DNA from: an uncultured delta proteobacterium
Lineage (GTDB): Bacteria; Desulfobacterota; Binatia; HRBIN30; BPIQ01
Assembly (NCBI GenBank): GCA_963761335.1
Contig: CAVXGR010000008.1
Coordinates: 1 to 64,000 of the forward strand
Length of the DNA: 64,000 nucleotides
Direction: 5' to 3'
Shown here: positions 1 through 10,924 of the stretch, piece after piece
Position numbering within the stretch: the stretch's first letter is position 1
How the letters are laid out: the number at the start of each line of letters is the position of its first letter
The notes under the pieces: model-generated
Told to the model about the DNA's origin: nothing
Databases searched by the model: none
The model's input: the letters and a program-made list of their open reading frames with translations, nothing else
Program-made: the position numbers and the translations under genes

Positions 1-108
1 GCTGTCAGCGCCGGGAGCGCTGACAGCTTGGCCGCCTCTTCGAGCGCCGGTTGCGGCCGAGCCGGCGGCGCTCCCGGGGGGCGCCGGCATCCAAATTGGC
101 GGGCGTGC

Positions 109-1644
109 TCACTCCCGAGCCGCGGGGCAGCGGTTCAGGATGTTGCCCACCGACTCGAGCAGCTCGTTCGCCCGGACGACTCGGTCCCCGTCGGCATCGA
201 AGGATATGCACCCCAGACGCGCTCCGACATCGAAGATGCTGTCGACCCCTTCCAGAAGCTCGTCATCGGAGACCTGCCCGTTGCCGTCGCAGTCGCCGGT
301 ACACGGGCAGACGGTCTTGCAGCAAGAATCGAAGTTGCAGCTACACGTCGATGCTGTGCACCTCAGGGAGCCGGCGTCCGGACACCCCTCGCAGCACGGT
401 GCGTTCGCGCAGCACTGGTCGTGGTTCGGGCCGTCGCCACAGAAGCATACGGGCGGCGGCAGACATTCGGTCATGCAGGAGGTGGTATTGGTCGAGTCGC
501 AGAAGGTGCAACCGGCGCCGTTCACGTTGAAGGTCTCGGTAAAGAATGGATCACAGACGCGCGGGCTGCCTATCGGTGTCGGCGTCGGCGTCACGGTGGC
601 CGTGGCCGTCGGCGTGCGGGTCGGAGTGGGCGAGCATGCCGACGTGTCGCAGGTGTCGGTGCCCTCGTCGCAGACGGCGCAGCTTCCCAGGTGAGCACAC
701 GGATCCCCGAAGGGCTGCGTGCATTCACCGCCCAGGCATCGGCCGTCGCCGTTGCAGAACAGCCCATCGCTGCAGGGCATGTCGTCGGGCTCCCTCTTGC
801 AGAACACGTCGCAGCAGGCGCCGAAGCCGTTGCCGGGCCCGAGGTCGCACTCCTCGCCGCTGTCGACGACTCCGTTCCCACACAGAGACGGGACATATTC
901 GACACTGACGAAGTGGCCGTCGTCCATCTGCGTGCGGAATGGAATCCCGGGATACCCACACGCGTCGCATCCGGTGGTCGTTCCCTGTGGAGCTCCGAAG
1001 CGGACCGCGACCTCGCAAGAGTCACTGCTGACGGCCGTGTTCCAGGTGAACTCGAGCACGTGCTTTTCGACCGGGAGCGGATTGTTCACGTTGATGATTG
1101 CCTGTCCGGTTTCGAGCACGTCGATGGTCGCGTCGCCCGCCGACAGTGGGAGGACGCGACCGTCGAAGTCGAGCGATCCCGATGCGAGAATGAAGCTCGA
1201 ATGTCCGGTCACCGCGGATAAGGATGCGGAGCCCTCGCAGCCTGAGGAATCCGACCGCCGCGTCAGGGCTCCCACGAACGCCGTGCCGATGATCAGAGAA
1301 TAGTTGCGCGAAGAGTGGACCTCGAAGCTGATGTGGTGCGTCGCTTGGCCGTCTTTGTCCGTGCTGCCCGGCCCCGCGCTCATATCTGCGTTGACGTTGA
1401 ACCCAAAGCGCGAGATGAACGAGGTGTTGGCGCCGGCGCCGGCGTCGTTCCCGACCGAGAACTGTGCCGATGCAGAAGTGTCGTTTCCAGTGCTGGTCGT
1501 CAGCGACGACCCCTCAAACGAAACATCATAGATCCCGTCTTGTGCGCTTGCCGGTCCGGCGATGAGCGCCAAAGAGAAGAGCAGCGCGCCGAAGAGTCGT
1601 CCGTCCGATACGATTTCCCTAGCCCGGCTCCATGCGGTTCGCAT
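109..1644 (-). CDS. Secreted Cys-rich protein with myxobacterial-type disulfide repeat, PT linker and C-terminal dockerin/EF-hand-like domain
   Basis: Start trimmed to MRTAW. Signal peptide ...LALIAGPASA-Q; CGNGVVDSGEECDLG motif; TPTRTPTATATVTPTPTP linker; C-terminus GDCDGNGQVSDDELL...FDADGDRVVRANELL. Confidence 0.75.
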   Translation of the reverse strand: MRTAWSRAREIVSDGRLFGALLFSLALIAGPASAQDGIYDVSFEGSSLTTSTGNDTSASAQFSVGNDAGAGANTSFISRFGFNVNADMSAGPGSTDKDGQATHHISFEVHSSRNYSLIIGTAFVGALTRRSDSSGCEGSASLSAVTGHSSFILASGSLDFDGRVLPLSAGDATIDVLETGQAIINVNNPLPVEKHVLEFTWNTAVSSDSCEVAVRFGAPQGTTTGCDACGYPGIPFRTQMDDGHFVSVEYVPSLCGNGVVDSGEECDLGPGNGFGACCDVFCKREPDDMPCSDGLFCNGDGRCLGGECTQPFGDPCAHLGSCAVCDEGTDTCDTSACSPTPTRTPTATATVTPTPTPIGSPRVCDPFFTETFNVNGAGCTFCDSTNTTSCMTECLPPPVCFCGDGPNHDQCCANAPCCEGCPDAGSLRCTASTCSCNFDSCCKTVCPCTGDCDGNGQVSDDELLEGVDSIFDVGARLGCISFDADGDRVVRANELLESVGNILNRCPAARE

Positions 1645-1772
1645 GTGCGGTAGAGAGCAAGAACCGATCGACATAGCAAACCGAATTGCCGCTGCGGCAG
1701 CGGGCGGATGACCGCCGCTCCTTCCGCGAATCGGGAAGACGGGCGGCGGCGCGCCGGGGCAACGACCGGCGG

Positions 1773-2600
1773 CTACGCCTGAAATGCCTTGCTGGAGACG
1801 CACAGCAGCTGCGCGCCGCCGGAGGCCACGAGGCGGCCATCTTCGGTCCAGATGCGCGTCGTGCCGCCGATGAGGCCGGCCTTGCCGATGGGCGCTTCGG
1901 CATCACCCATCAGCCACTCGTCGCCGCTGAACGGCTGGTGGAACCAGGCGACCACGTCGAGGTTGGGAGCGTAGTAGTCCCGCGGGACGTGGTGATGCCA
2001 GGCGGCGGGCCAGATGAGGGTGTCGATCAGTAGCAGGGCGCGTCCGGCGTCGACGAACGGGTCGGCGAAGGTGGCCTGCGGCCGGAAGCGGTACCAGGCG
2101 CGCTGGATCGGGGGGCCGGGGGGCGGCGGATCCTGCGCGTGCCACACCGTGGGCCGCGTCTCCAGGTTGTCCCAGAAGCGGAAGCGCGGCTCGGCGTCCT
2201 CGCCGCGCAGCTCTTCGACGTTCTTCAGGGCGCCGGGACGGGGCACTTCGGGCGGCTGCGCCGTCTCGTGCTCGAGCCCCTCGGCCACGTTCGCCGTCCA
2301 CACGATCGCCTCGAGGATGCGGCGGCCCTCCTGGGACATCGACACCCGCATAGACGCGGCGCGACGACCGCGTCGCAGCACCTCGACATCGAGGTCGACG
2401 GGCTCGAAGCGCGCCACCGACAGATAGTGCGCCGCAAAGCTCGCCGGTCGCCCCGCCGCCGTTTCGCAACCGGCGGCCCGCAGAGCGATCGCCGCCAGGT
2501 AGCCGCCGTTCGGACCCCAGATCTCCCAGTCGCGCGAGAGAACGGCGCGATAGCGCCCGTTGCCGCCCTCGAGCGCGGTGTCTCTCTCCAAGTTGCCCAT
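1773..2600 (-). CDS. Acyl-CoA thioesterase family protein (TesB-like double hotdog)
   Basis: WEIWGPNGGYLAAIALRA and IWTEDGRLVASGGAQLL; start MGNLERD preceded by GGAGG. Confidence 0.85.
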   Translation of the reverse strand: MGNLERDTALEGGNGRYRAVLSRDWEIWGPNGGYLAAIALRAAGCETAAGRPASFAAHYLSVARFEPVDLDVEVLRRGRRAASMRVSMSQEGRRILEAIVWTANVAEGLEHETAQPPEVPRPGALKNVEELRGEDAEPRFRFWDNLETRPTVWHAQDPPPPGPPIQRAWYRFRPQATFADPFVDAGRALLLIDTLIWPAAWHHHVPRDYYAPNLDVVAWFHQPFSGDEWLMGDAEAPIGKAGLIGGTTRIWTEDGRLVASGGAQLLCVSSKAFQA

Positions 2601-2724
2601 GTGCGCCTCCCGAGTCTCCAAGCAGGTCTCGGACCCTATTCCCGATTTTGGGAAAAACTCAATCTGCCTCGGTGGGGCAGTAGCGGGATCGCGTGCGGTA
2701 TGTATCGTGCAATGACCACCGATC

Positions 2725-3831
2725 ATGCCGCATCCCGTCGTGGATTTTGCCCGCGCGCCGTTCCTGGTGATCTGGGAGACGACGCAGTCGTGTGACCTCG
2801 CCTGCCATCACTGCCGTGCCTCGGCGCAGCCCTATCGGCATCCCGCCGAGCTGTCGACAGCGGAGGGGGAGAAGCTGCTCGAGGACGTGGCGGCCATGGG
2901 GACGCCGGTCTTCATCCTGAGCGGTGGCGATCCCCTCAAGCGTCCCGACCTCCTCGGCCTGATCTCGCGGGGGAAGGAGGTGGGGCTGCGCATCGGTACC
3001 ATCCCCGCGGCGACGCCGATGCTCACCTCCGGAGTGGTGAAGAGCCTCAAGGATGTGGGGCTCGATCAGATGGCGCTCAGCCTGGACTTTCCCCGGGCCG
3101 AGCTGCACGACGCCTTTCGCGGCGTTCCCGGCGCCTTCGGGCGCACCATGGCGGCGGTCGAGTGGGCGCACGAGTGCGGTCTGCCGCTGCAGATCAACAC
3201 CACGGTCTGCGGCCGCTCGGCCCCGTACTTCGAGGAGATGGCGGCCCTCGTCGAGCGCCTGGGGATCGTCTTCTGGGAGGTCTTCTTCCTGGTCCCCGTC
3301 GGTCGCGGCACGGATCTGGGCGGGCTTTCTGCCGAGCGCTGTGAGGAGCTCTTCGAGATCATCTATCGGGTGCAGAAGCGCTCGAGCTTCATCGTCAAGG
3401 TGACCGAGGCGCCGCACTACCGCCGCCTGGTTGCCGAACGCGAGGCGGAGCAGAGCGAGGGCGGTGGTTTGCGCGCCATGCCCGAGCTTCTGCGGCGCTC
3501 GGAGGGCCCGGGCCGCACCGTCGGCCTGGCTCCCCGCGGGGTGAACGCCGGCAAGGGTTTCGCCTTCGTCTCCCATACCGGCGAGGTCTTCCCGAGCGGC
3601 TTTCTGCCGGTGTCGGCCGGCAACGTGCGCTTCCAGCCAATCGCCGAGATCTACCGCGACTCGCCACTGTTCCGCGTGCTGCGCGACCCCGATGCCCTGC
3701 GCGGCCGCTGCCGCCGCTGCGAATATCGCTCGATCTGCGGCGGCTCGCGCTCGCGCGCCTACGCCTTGACCGGGAACTGGCTCGCCAGCGATCCGTGGTG
3801 CGGATATCAACCGGCGGAGACAGGCTGTTAG
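2725..3831 (+). CDS. Radical SAM/SPASM protein (TIGR04053-like, AhbC/D/NirJ-related)
   Basis: CDLACHHC (CxxxCxxC), SGGDPL, C-terminal CRRCEYRSICGGSRSRAY...DPWC. Confidence 0.85.
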   Translation: MPHPVVDFARAPFLVIWETTQSCDLACHHCRASAQPYRHPAELSTAEGEKLLEDVAAMGTPVFILSGGDPLKRPDLLGLISRGKEVGLRIGTIPAATPMLTSGVVKSLKDVGLDQMALSLDFPRAELHDAFRGVPGAFGRTMAAVEWAHECGLPLQINTTVCGRSAPYFEEMAALVERLGIVFWEVFFLVPVGRGTDLGGLSAERCEELFEIIYRVQKRSSFIVKVTEAPHYRRLVAEREAEQSEGGGLRAMPELLRRSEGPGRTVGLAPRGVNAGKGFAFVSHTGEVFPSGFLPVSAGNVRFQPIAEIYRDSPLFRVLRDPDALRGRCRRCEYRSICGGSRSRAYALTGNWLASDPWCGYQPAETGC

Positions 3832-3945
3832 GTTGTTAGGTTGTTGAGTTGTTAGGTTGTTGGGCTACTGGGAATAGCAGAGCAAACCCGCAACCGGTCG
3901 CAACCCAACAATCCAACAACCTAACAACTTAACAACCCAACAACC
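3827..3945. repeat. Inverted arrays of degenerate 8-bp units (GTTGTTAG / CTAACAAC) between convergent genes
   Basis: gttaggttgttaggttgttgagttgttaggttgttggg ... caacccaacaatccaacaacctaacaacttaacaacccaacaacc. Confidence 0.8.
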
Positions 3946-5072
3946 TGCCTCTCTGCCTCCCCGGCGGCCGCGATCGCACTAGCGGCAGCCTGCAGGGCGT
4001 CGAGAAAAATCCGGTCCCGCCCGAGAATCAGGCTGCCGGCGAGGATGGCGCCGCGGGAATGGGGCGGGGCGGCGAGGCACCCCTGCGGCGCCGTGCCGGG
4101 CTCGATGGTGGCGGCGAGACGGGAAGGTGAGGCGCGCGAGAAGACGGCGCGAACGCTCTGCTCCGGCGACTTCCAGGAGACACAGGCCCGGCCGAGGTCG
4201 CCCGCGTCCCCGGTGGAGCGGATGCTCACGCGCAGCTCGCCTTCGCGGGAGGCGAAGTGGAGGTCGGCGCCCTGCTCATCTCGGCGCCCGCCCCGGGCCA
4301 CCCAGCCGAGGCGGCTGGCGAGCCAACCGACCAGCATCCAGGCCGCCGCGGCGGCGGTGCGCCCGTGCTCGACGCTGACCTCGGCGATCGAGTCGAGCGC
4401 TCCGGGATTCACCGCGGGAGCCAGGGACTGGCTGATGAGCAGACGCCAGGGCTCGAGCCGGCGCCAGGCCAGATCGGTGAGGGTGCTCTGCCCGCCGGCG
4501 CCGCGGGCCCACGCCGCCGTGTCGCTCAGGCCGCCCTGCGGCTGGAGCCAGGCGGCGCTGTCGTAGACGATCTCTTCCGCCATGTCGGCGAGCTGGCGAA
4601 ACACCTCACCCGCCTGCGATGGCGGCTCCGCCGGCGTCCACCACAGGGCCGTCGGCAGCTCGCCCACCAACAGCGAGCGCGCCAGCGACGGCAGCCGCGG
4701 CCGCGCCTCGCCGCTGGCGCGCAGGGTGACGTGCTCCGAGCAGATCTGGCGCCCCGCCTCGCCGAGGTGGCACTGCGCCGAGACGAAGGCCTCGATCTCC
4801 GCCCGTGGCTGCTGGGCGTCGCCGACGAGCAGGAGAACCCGCGACGGATGCAGGCGAACGATCTCGGCGATGTCATCGGGGAGGTGCTCCGCCTGCTCGG
4901 CAGAGGAGGTGAAGACCAGCAGGTTGGACATCCGCGCCCGGGTCAGGGGCGCCTGTTCGCCGCTGTCTTCCGCGTGTCCGCGAAAGAGCTGCTCGAGCTC
5001 TCGCTCGATGGCGTCGACGTCGACCGGCCGCGGCTCCGAGCGTGCCGGCTCCGCCCTGCCCGCGGGGCTCAC
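3921..5072 (-). CDS. opcA: Glucose-6-phosphate dehydrogenase assembly protein OpcA
   Basis: Directly downstream of zwf with GTGA overlap; TRARMSNLLVF, HPSRVLLL, QICSEHVTL, LTDLAWRRLEPWR. Confidence 0.85.
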   Translation of the reverse strand: MSPAGRAEPARSEPRPVDVDAIERELEQLFRGHAEDSGEQAPLTRARMSNLLVFTSSAEQAEHLPDDIAEIVRLHPSRVLLLVGDAQQPRAEIEAFVSAQCHLGEAGRQICSEHVTLRASGEARPRLPSLARSLLVGELPTALWWTPAEPPSQAGEVFRQLADMAEEIVYDSAAWLQPQGGLSDTAAWARGAGGQSTLTDLAWRRLEPWRLLISQSLAPAVNPGALDSIAEVSVEHGRTAAAAAWMLVGWLASRLGWVARGGRRDEQGADLHFASREGELRVSIRSTGDAGDLGRACVSWKSPEQSVRAVFSRASPSRLAATIEPGTAPQGCLAAPPHSRGAILAGSLILGRDRIFLDALQAAASAIAAAGEAERQVVGLLSC

Positions 5073-6610
5073 AGCGTCCTCCACTGGCGCCCGCAATCGC
5101 CGATCAGCCGATCGGCTGGCTCCGGACCCCAGGTGCCGGCGGGGTACTGCGGCAGGTCGCTGACCGAGGCGCGCTTCCAGGCCTCGAGGATGTCGGTGAC
5201 CCATCTCCACGAGGTCTCCACCGCATCGCGCCGCATGAACAGCGTCGCGTCGCCGGCCATGACGTCGAGCAGCAGGCGCTCGTAGGCCTCCGGGCTGGTG
5301 TCCCCGAAGGTCGAGCCGTAGCGGAAGTCCATCTTGACCGGGTAGATGCGCACGCGCTGGCCGGGCAGCTTGGTGGAGATGCGCAGCGACAGACCCTCGT
5401 CCGGCTGGATGCGCAGCGCCAGCACGTTGGCCTCCAGCGGCGCCGCCGGGTCGTTGTTGAAGAGAATCGGCGGCACGTCCTTGAACTGCACGGCGATCTC
5501 GCTGGCGCGCTTCGGCAGCCGCTTGCCGGTGCGCAGGAAGAAGGGCACCCCCGCCCAGCGCCAGTTGTCGATGAAGAGCCGCAGGGCGACGTAGGTCTCC
5601 GTGGTCGATTGCGGGTTCACGTCCTTCTCCTGGCGGTACCCGGAGGCCTCGATGCCGCGGTGGACGCCGGCGACGTACTGGGCGCGCACGACGTTGCGCC
5701 CGACGTCTTCGCCGGCGATGGGACGGAGGCATTGCAGCACCTCGAGCTTGTGGTCGCGGACGACGTCGGCCTGCATCTCCCAGGGCGGCTCCATCGCCGT
5801 CATGCAGACCAGCTGGAGGATGTGGTTCTGCACCATATCGCGCAGCGCCCCGGCGCCGTCGTAGTAATGGGCGCGGCTGCCGACGCCCTCCTCCTCGGCG
5901 ACGGTGATCTGCACGTGGTCGACGTACTTGTGGTTCCACAGCGGCTCGAAGATCGAGTTGGCGAAGCGCATGACCAGAATGTTCTGCACCGTCTCCTTGC
6001 CGAGGTAGTGATCGATGCGGAAGATCTGTCTCTCGTCAAAGGCGCTGGCGAGCGTGTCGTTGACCTTGCGGGCGCTCTGCAGATCGTAGCCGATCGGCTT
6101 CTCGATGATGATGCGCGAGAAGGGAGCCTCGTCCGGCGGTCGCACCATTCCCGAGTCGTGCAGATGACTGATGGCGCCGTCGAAGACGCTGGGCGGCACC
6201 GACAGGTAGAAGATGCGGTTGCCGGGGATGCCGCGGGCCGCATCGATCTCGCCCAGGCGCTGCTCGAGACGCCGGTAGGACTCGAGGTCGTTGGGGGATC
6301 CGGGGACGTAGAAGATCGAGCGCTCGACGTCCGGCCAGTGCTCGGCGTCGAGGGGGCGTCGCGAGTACTTCTCGATCGACTCCTGCGCCAGGCCGCGGAA
6401 CTGCTGGTCGTCGTACTCGGTGCGCGAGAATCCCACCACGGCGATGTTCGCCGGTAGCACGCCGTCCAGCGCCAGGTTGTAGATGGCCGGCAGTAGCTTG
6501 CGCCGCGCCAGGTCACCGCTGGCGCCGAAGATGACCAGGGTGCAGGGTTGGGGCAGCGCTGTCCTGCTCAACCCCACAGTGAGCGGATTCTGCGAAGACA
6601 TGTCGCGCAT
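5069..6610 (-). CDS. zwf: Glucose-6-phosphate 1-dehydrogenase
   Basis: GASGDLARRKLLPA, RIDHYLGKETVQN, RWAGVPFFLRTGKRL. Confidence 0.97.
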   Translation of the reverse strand: MRDMSSQNPLTVGLSRTALPQPCTLVIFGASGDLARRKLLPAIYNLALDGVLPANIAVVGFSRTEYDDQQFRGLAQESIEKYSRRPLDAEHWPDVERSIFYVPGSPNDLESYRRLEQRLGEIDAARGIPGNRIFYLSVPPSVFDGAISHLHDSGMVRPPDEAPFSRIIIEKPIGYDLQSARKVNDTLASAFDERQIFRIDHYLGKETVQNILVMRFANSIFEPLWNHKYVDHVQITVAEEEGVGSRAHYYDGAGALRDMVQNHILQLVCMTAMEPPWEMQADVVRDHKLEVLQCLRPIAGEDVGRNVVRAQYVAGVHRGIEASGYRQEKDVNPQSTTETYVALRLFIDNWRWAGVPFFLRTGKRLPKRASEIAVQFKDVPPILFNNDPAAPLEANVLALRIQPDEGLSLRISTKLPGQRVRIYPVKMDFRYGSTFGDTSPEAYERLLLDVMAGDATLFMRRDAVETSWRWVTDILEAWKRASVSDLPQYPAGTWGPEPADRLIGDCGRQWRTL

Positions 6611-6638
6611 GAATATGCTCCTGGGGTTTGTGGGCGTC

Positions 6639-7304
6639 TCACTCGATGCCGCGCTGGCGACGCTCCACCGTGTTGCCGTCCTGAATCAGGACGGTATTCG
6701 CCATACCGACGAAGAGCCCGGTACCGACCACGCCCGGGATGGCGCGGATCGCCTGCTCGGCCTCGCCTGGGTTGTTGATGGGCGAGACGCCGCAGTTGAG
6801 GATATGGTTGCCGTTGTCAGTCAGATACAGCTCGCCGTCGCGCCGTCGCGGCTCGGGGCGAAGGCCGAGCTCTTGCAGTCGCCGCGTGCACAGCGACAGG
6901 CCGAAGGGCACCACCTCGACCGGCAGCACGCCGCGCGTCCCCAGCACCGGCACCAGCTTCTCGACCCCGACCAGGATCACCAGCCGCTTCGATGAGGCGG
7001 CGACGATCTTCTCGCGCAGGAGGGCGCCACCGTACCCCTTGATGAGGTCGAGCTGGGGATCGACCTCATCGGCGCCGTCGACGGTCACGTCGATGCCGTC
7101 GACCTCGGAGAAGCTGGTGAGCGGAATCCCCAGCCGCGTTGCCAGCTCGGCCGTGACCGTGGAGGTCGGCACCCCGCGGATGCGCAAGCCGCGGCGCACC
7201 CGCTCGCCGAGCGCCTCGACGAATGCGGAGGCGGCGCGGCCGGTTCCCAGGCCGACGACGTGGCCGTCGCGGACGAACTCAAGAGCCTGCTCGGTGGCGT
7301 CCAT
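6639..7304 (-). CDS. rpiA: Ribose-5-phosphate isomerase A
   Basis: GLGTG, DGADEVD, KGYGGALLREK, TDNGNHILN. Confidence 0.95.
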   Translation of the reverse strand: MDATEQALEFVRDGHVVGLGTGRAASAFVEALGERVRRGLRIRGVPTSTVTAELATRLGIPLTSFSEVDGIDVTVDGADEVDPQLDLIKGYGGALLREKIVAASSKRLVILVGVEKLVPVLGTRGVLPVEVVPFGLSLCTRRLQELGLRPEPRRRDGELYLTDNGNHILNCGVSPINNPGEAEQAIRAIPGVVGTGLFVGMANTVLIQDGNTVERRQRGIE

Positions 7305-7459
7305 CCGCCGATCATAACAATCCGCGCCGGATGCGGAAACAGTTGGACAAAGCCCGCTGCGCGGATATCCGGGGACGGACGCCGGGCCTCTGGCCCGCTG
7401 CCGATGGACAGTAATTCACGCAGATGATTCACTCCCCGATGATCTGACTCCCGACTTCG

Positions 7460-8832
7460 ATGATCCGCAACGAGACCGAGACGATGCAGGTTGACAGGAG
7501 CGCCGATGGCGCCGCGGTGCACGCCTGGCGCATCGCCCTGCGCAGCGCCCAGATGTTCTCGGCAACGGCGGCGGCGGCGGTGACCTTCGCCGCCCATCTC
7601 GTCTCCGCCGTGGGGCGCCCGCTGCGCCAGGCGGTGCCGCATGCCCTGGGCCGGGCTCTGGTGCGCCTGTGCACCTCGCTCGGGGCGACCTTCATCAAGG
7701 TCGGTCAGATCGCCTCGACGCGCGGCGACCTGTTGCCGCAGCCGCTCGTCGAGGAGCTCTCCAAGCTGCGCGACCAGGTGCCGCCGTTTCCTTTCGCCAC
7801 GGTGCGGCACACCATCGAGACGGAGCTCGGGCAGCCGCTCGAGTCGATCTTCGACCGCTTCGAGCCCGCGCCGGTCGCCGCCGCCTCGGTCGCCCAGGTG
7901 CACCGCGCCGTGCTGCGCGCCAGCGGCGCCACCGTCGCCGTCAAGGTCCGCCGCCCCGACATCCTCGACAAGATTCGCCTCGACCGCTCCATCCTGCTCT
8001 TCGTCTGTCGCATTCTGGAGCGCCTGCTCCCCTCGCTGCGGCTGATCTCGCTGGAGGACGCCATGCGCAATTTCTGCGACGCCGTCGAGCAGCAGATCCA
8101 TCTCGCCGGCGAGGCGCGCCACAACCGCCGCTTCGCGGCGAACTTCGCCGGCGATCCCGACATCCTCTTTCCGCGGCTGGTGCCGGAGGCGTGCTCCGAC
8201 GCGGTGCTGACCATGGAGTTCGTCGACGGCGTGCGCGAGGAGGATCTGGAAGCGGCCGGCATCGACCTTCGGCGCGTGGTCTCGGCCGGGCTGCGCTGCG
8301 TCTGCCGCATGATCTTCCTGCACGGCTTCGTGCACGCCGACCTGCACCCCGGCAACCTGCGCTTCCTGCCGCCCGGGCACGTCGTGCTGCTCGATCTGGG
8401 GCTGGTCGGCGTCATCGAGGAGGGCGACCGGGTGGGCTTCGCGCAGCTGCTGCACGCCTTCGCGACCGGCGACGGCGTGACCGTGGCCCGGCTCTTCCAC
8501 GAGAACTCGCCGCACGCCACGACCCGCGACTACGCGGCCTACGAGGCCGAGGTCTGCGCCGCCGTCGCCGATGTCGTCCGGCGCGGGCTCGGCAACCTGC
8601 AGATCACCCTCGAGATCGGCCGCCTGTTCGACATCCTGCGCCGGCATCACATCCAGGCGCGCAGTCACATGACGATGGTGAATCTGGCGCTGATGACCGC
8701 GGAGGGTTTGGGGAAACGCCTCGACCCGACCCTGTCGCTGGCCGACGAGTCGCTGCCGTACCTGATCGAGGCGCTGAACGCGGCGCGGCCGGCGCCGGCG
8801 GCGATCGCCGCGCCCGCCGGGGAGGAGACCTC

Positions 8833-8836
<4 letters not shown>
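7460..8836 (+). CDS. ABC1/UbiB family atypical kinase
   Basis: [43 protein letters not shown]; start uncertain. Confidence 0.9.
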
Positions 8837-9846
<1,010 letters not shown>

Positions 9847-9937
9847 ACGCGCCGTCCCGCCCTGGAGCTTGGACGTTTTGCGCGGAGGAAATCAGCTCCG
9901 TCTTGTCGAGAAGATCACCCCGCGTGTCGAGGAAGAT

Positions 9938-10228
9938 CGCCCCGTCAGGGGCGCCGGCGTGTAGCCCCGGGTGCAACCCGGGGAAAATAGGCGGGTTCCC
10001 ATATCGCGCCCTGTTAGGGGCGCAGGCGTGCAGCCTCGGGCGAAAGAGGCTGTCTCAAAAGCGGAGTAGAAGCGCCGTCCCGGCGCTTTCCGAAGCGGCG
10101 AGACGCCGCTTCTACCTTGGCCCGCGGGCCGGCGGAATCGTTTTGCCGGGGTTTCGAGACGGCATCGAAACCCGGGGAAGACACTCGGTCTCTCATAACG
10201 CGCCCCGTCAGGGGCGCGGGCGTGTAGC
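9938..10228. repeat. REP-like cluster (CGCCCC-N4-GGGGCG plus AGCCCCGGGTGCAACCCGGGG) containing a nested element
   Basis: Palindromic units at about 9938, 10007 and 10202; the same family recurs at 24.8-24.95 kb and 27.0-27.4 kb. Confidence 0.8.
10046..10166. mobile_element. 121-bp MITE-like element with imperfect terminal inverted repeats, an internal GTAG-type REP pair and GAAA flanking direct repeats
   Basis: GAAA|GAGGCTGTCTCAAAA ... TTTCGAGACGGCATC|GAAA; partial second copy at about 33270-33358. Confidence 0.6.
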
Positions 10229-10281
10229 CGCGCCCCGCCTCGAGCTTGCCCCGCTCGGCTGCGCAAAGGCATAAGCGGCCC

Positions 10282-10746
10282 ATGGACGACACCGGCCCCG
10301 GCGAATACCTCTTCACCACCGACCGCGACGCCCTCGACGTCGAGGCGATCTATCGCTTCCTCTCGAAGGAGTCGTACTGGGCTCGGGGAGTGCGGCGCGA
10401 GGTGGTCGCCGCGTGCGTGCGCAACTCCTTCTGCCTCGGCGTCCTGCACCAGGGGCGATTGGTGGGGTTTGCGCGCGTGGTCACGGACTACGCCACCTAC
10501 GGTCACGTCATGGATGTATTCGTCCTTCCCGAGCGCCGCGGCCAAGGACTCGGGAAGCGCATGATGGAGCGGATCATGGCCCATCCCGATCTCCAGGGAT
10601 TCCGGCTCTGGACTCTGGGCACCGCCGACGCGCACGGTCTCTACGCGCGCTACGGCTTCGCCGCGCCTGCACACCCGCAGCGCTGGATGGAACGCCGCGA
10701 CCCCGACCCGCAGGGACGCACCTGGCGAGAGCCGGCGGCGAAGTAG
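10282..10746 (+). CDS. GNAT family N-acetyltransferase
   Basis: ESYWARG, VGFARVVTDYATY, DVFVLPERRGQGLGK, DAHGLYARYGF. Confidence 0.9.
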   Translation: MDDTGPGEYLFTTDRDALDVEAIYRFLSKESYWARGVRREVVAACVRNSFCLGVLHQGRLVGFARVVTDYATYGHVMDVFVLPERRGQGLGKRMMERIMAHPDLQGFRLWTLGTADAHGLYARYGFAAPAHPQRWMERRDPDPQGRTWREPAAK

Positions 10747-10783
10747 GGTCTGGCTACAGGGACCTGGATTCCCAATTCTGTCG

Positions 10784-10924
10784 TTCTCCATTCTCATTCC
10801 CGGTTCTCATCCCGTCGTTTTCCATTGTTCCGAGAGCTGAGTAGGAGCCAGCTGCATAGGTTACTCGCGGCTGTCAGAGCGAATGGAAAACGACGGGATG
10901 AGAACCGGGAATGAGAATGGAGAA
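10784..10924. repeat. MITE/REPIN-like element with perfect 43-bp inverted arms (copy 1 of 3)
   Basis: TTCTCCATTCTCATTCCCGGTTCTCATCCCGTCGTTTTCCATT at 10784-10826 and its exact reverse complement at 10882-10924. Confidence 0.85.

Noticed and set aside
5073..5939. Apparent N-terminal extension of OpcA (and likewise of RsmE up to 33544)
   Set aside because: Off-frame overlap with zwf (or prmA); coupled starts exist at 5072 and 32269.
7669..8832. Apparent 725-aa fusion ending in LtaE
   Set aside because: The upstream part is an off-frame read through the UbiB gene; ltaE has its own RBS and ATG at 8833.
10784..10924. Integron attC site
   Set aside because: Lacks clear RYYYAAC/GTTRRRY ends, cassette organisation and an integrase.
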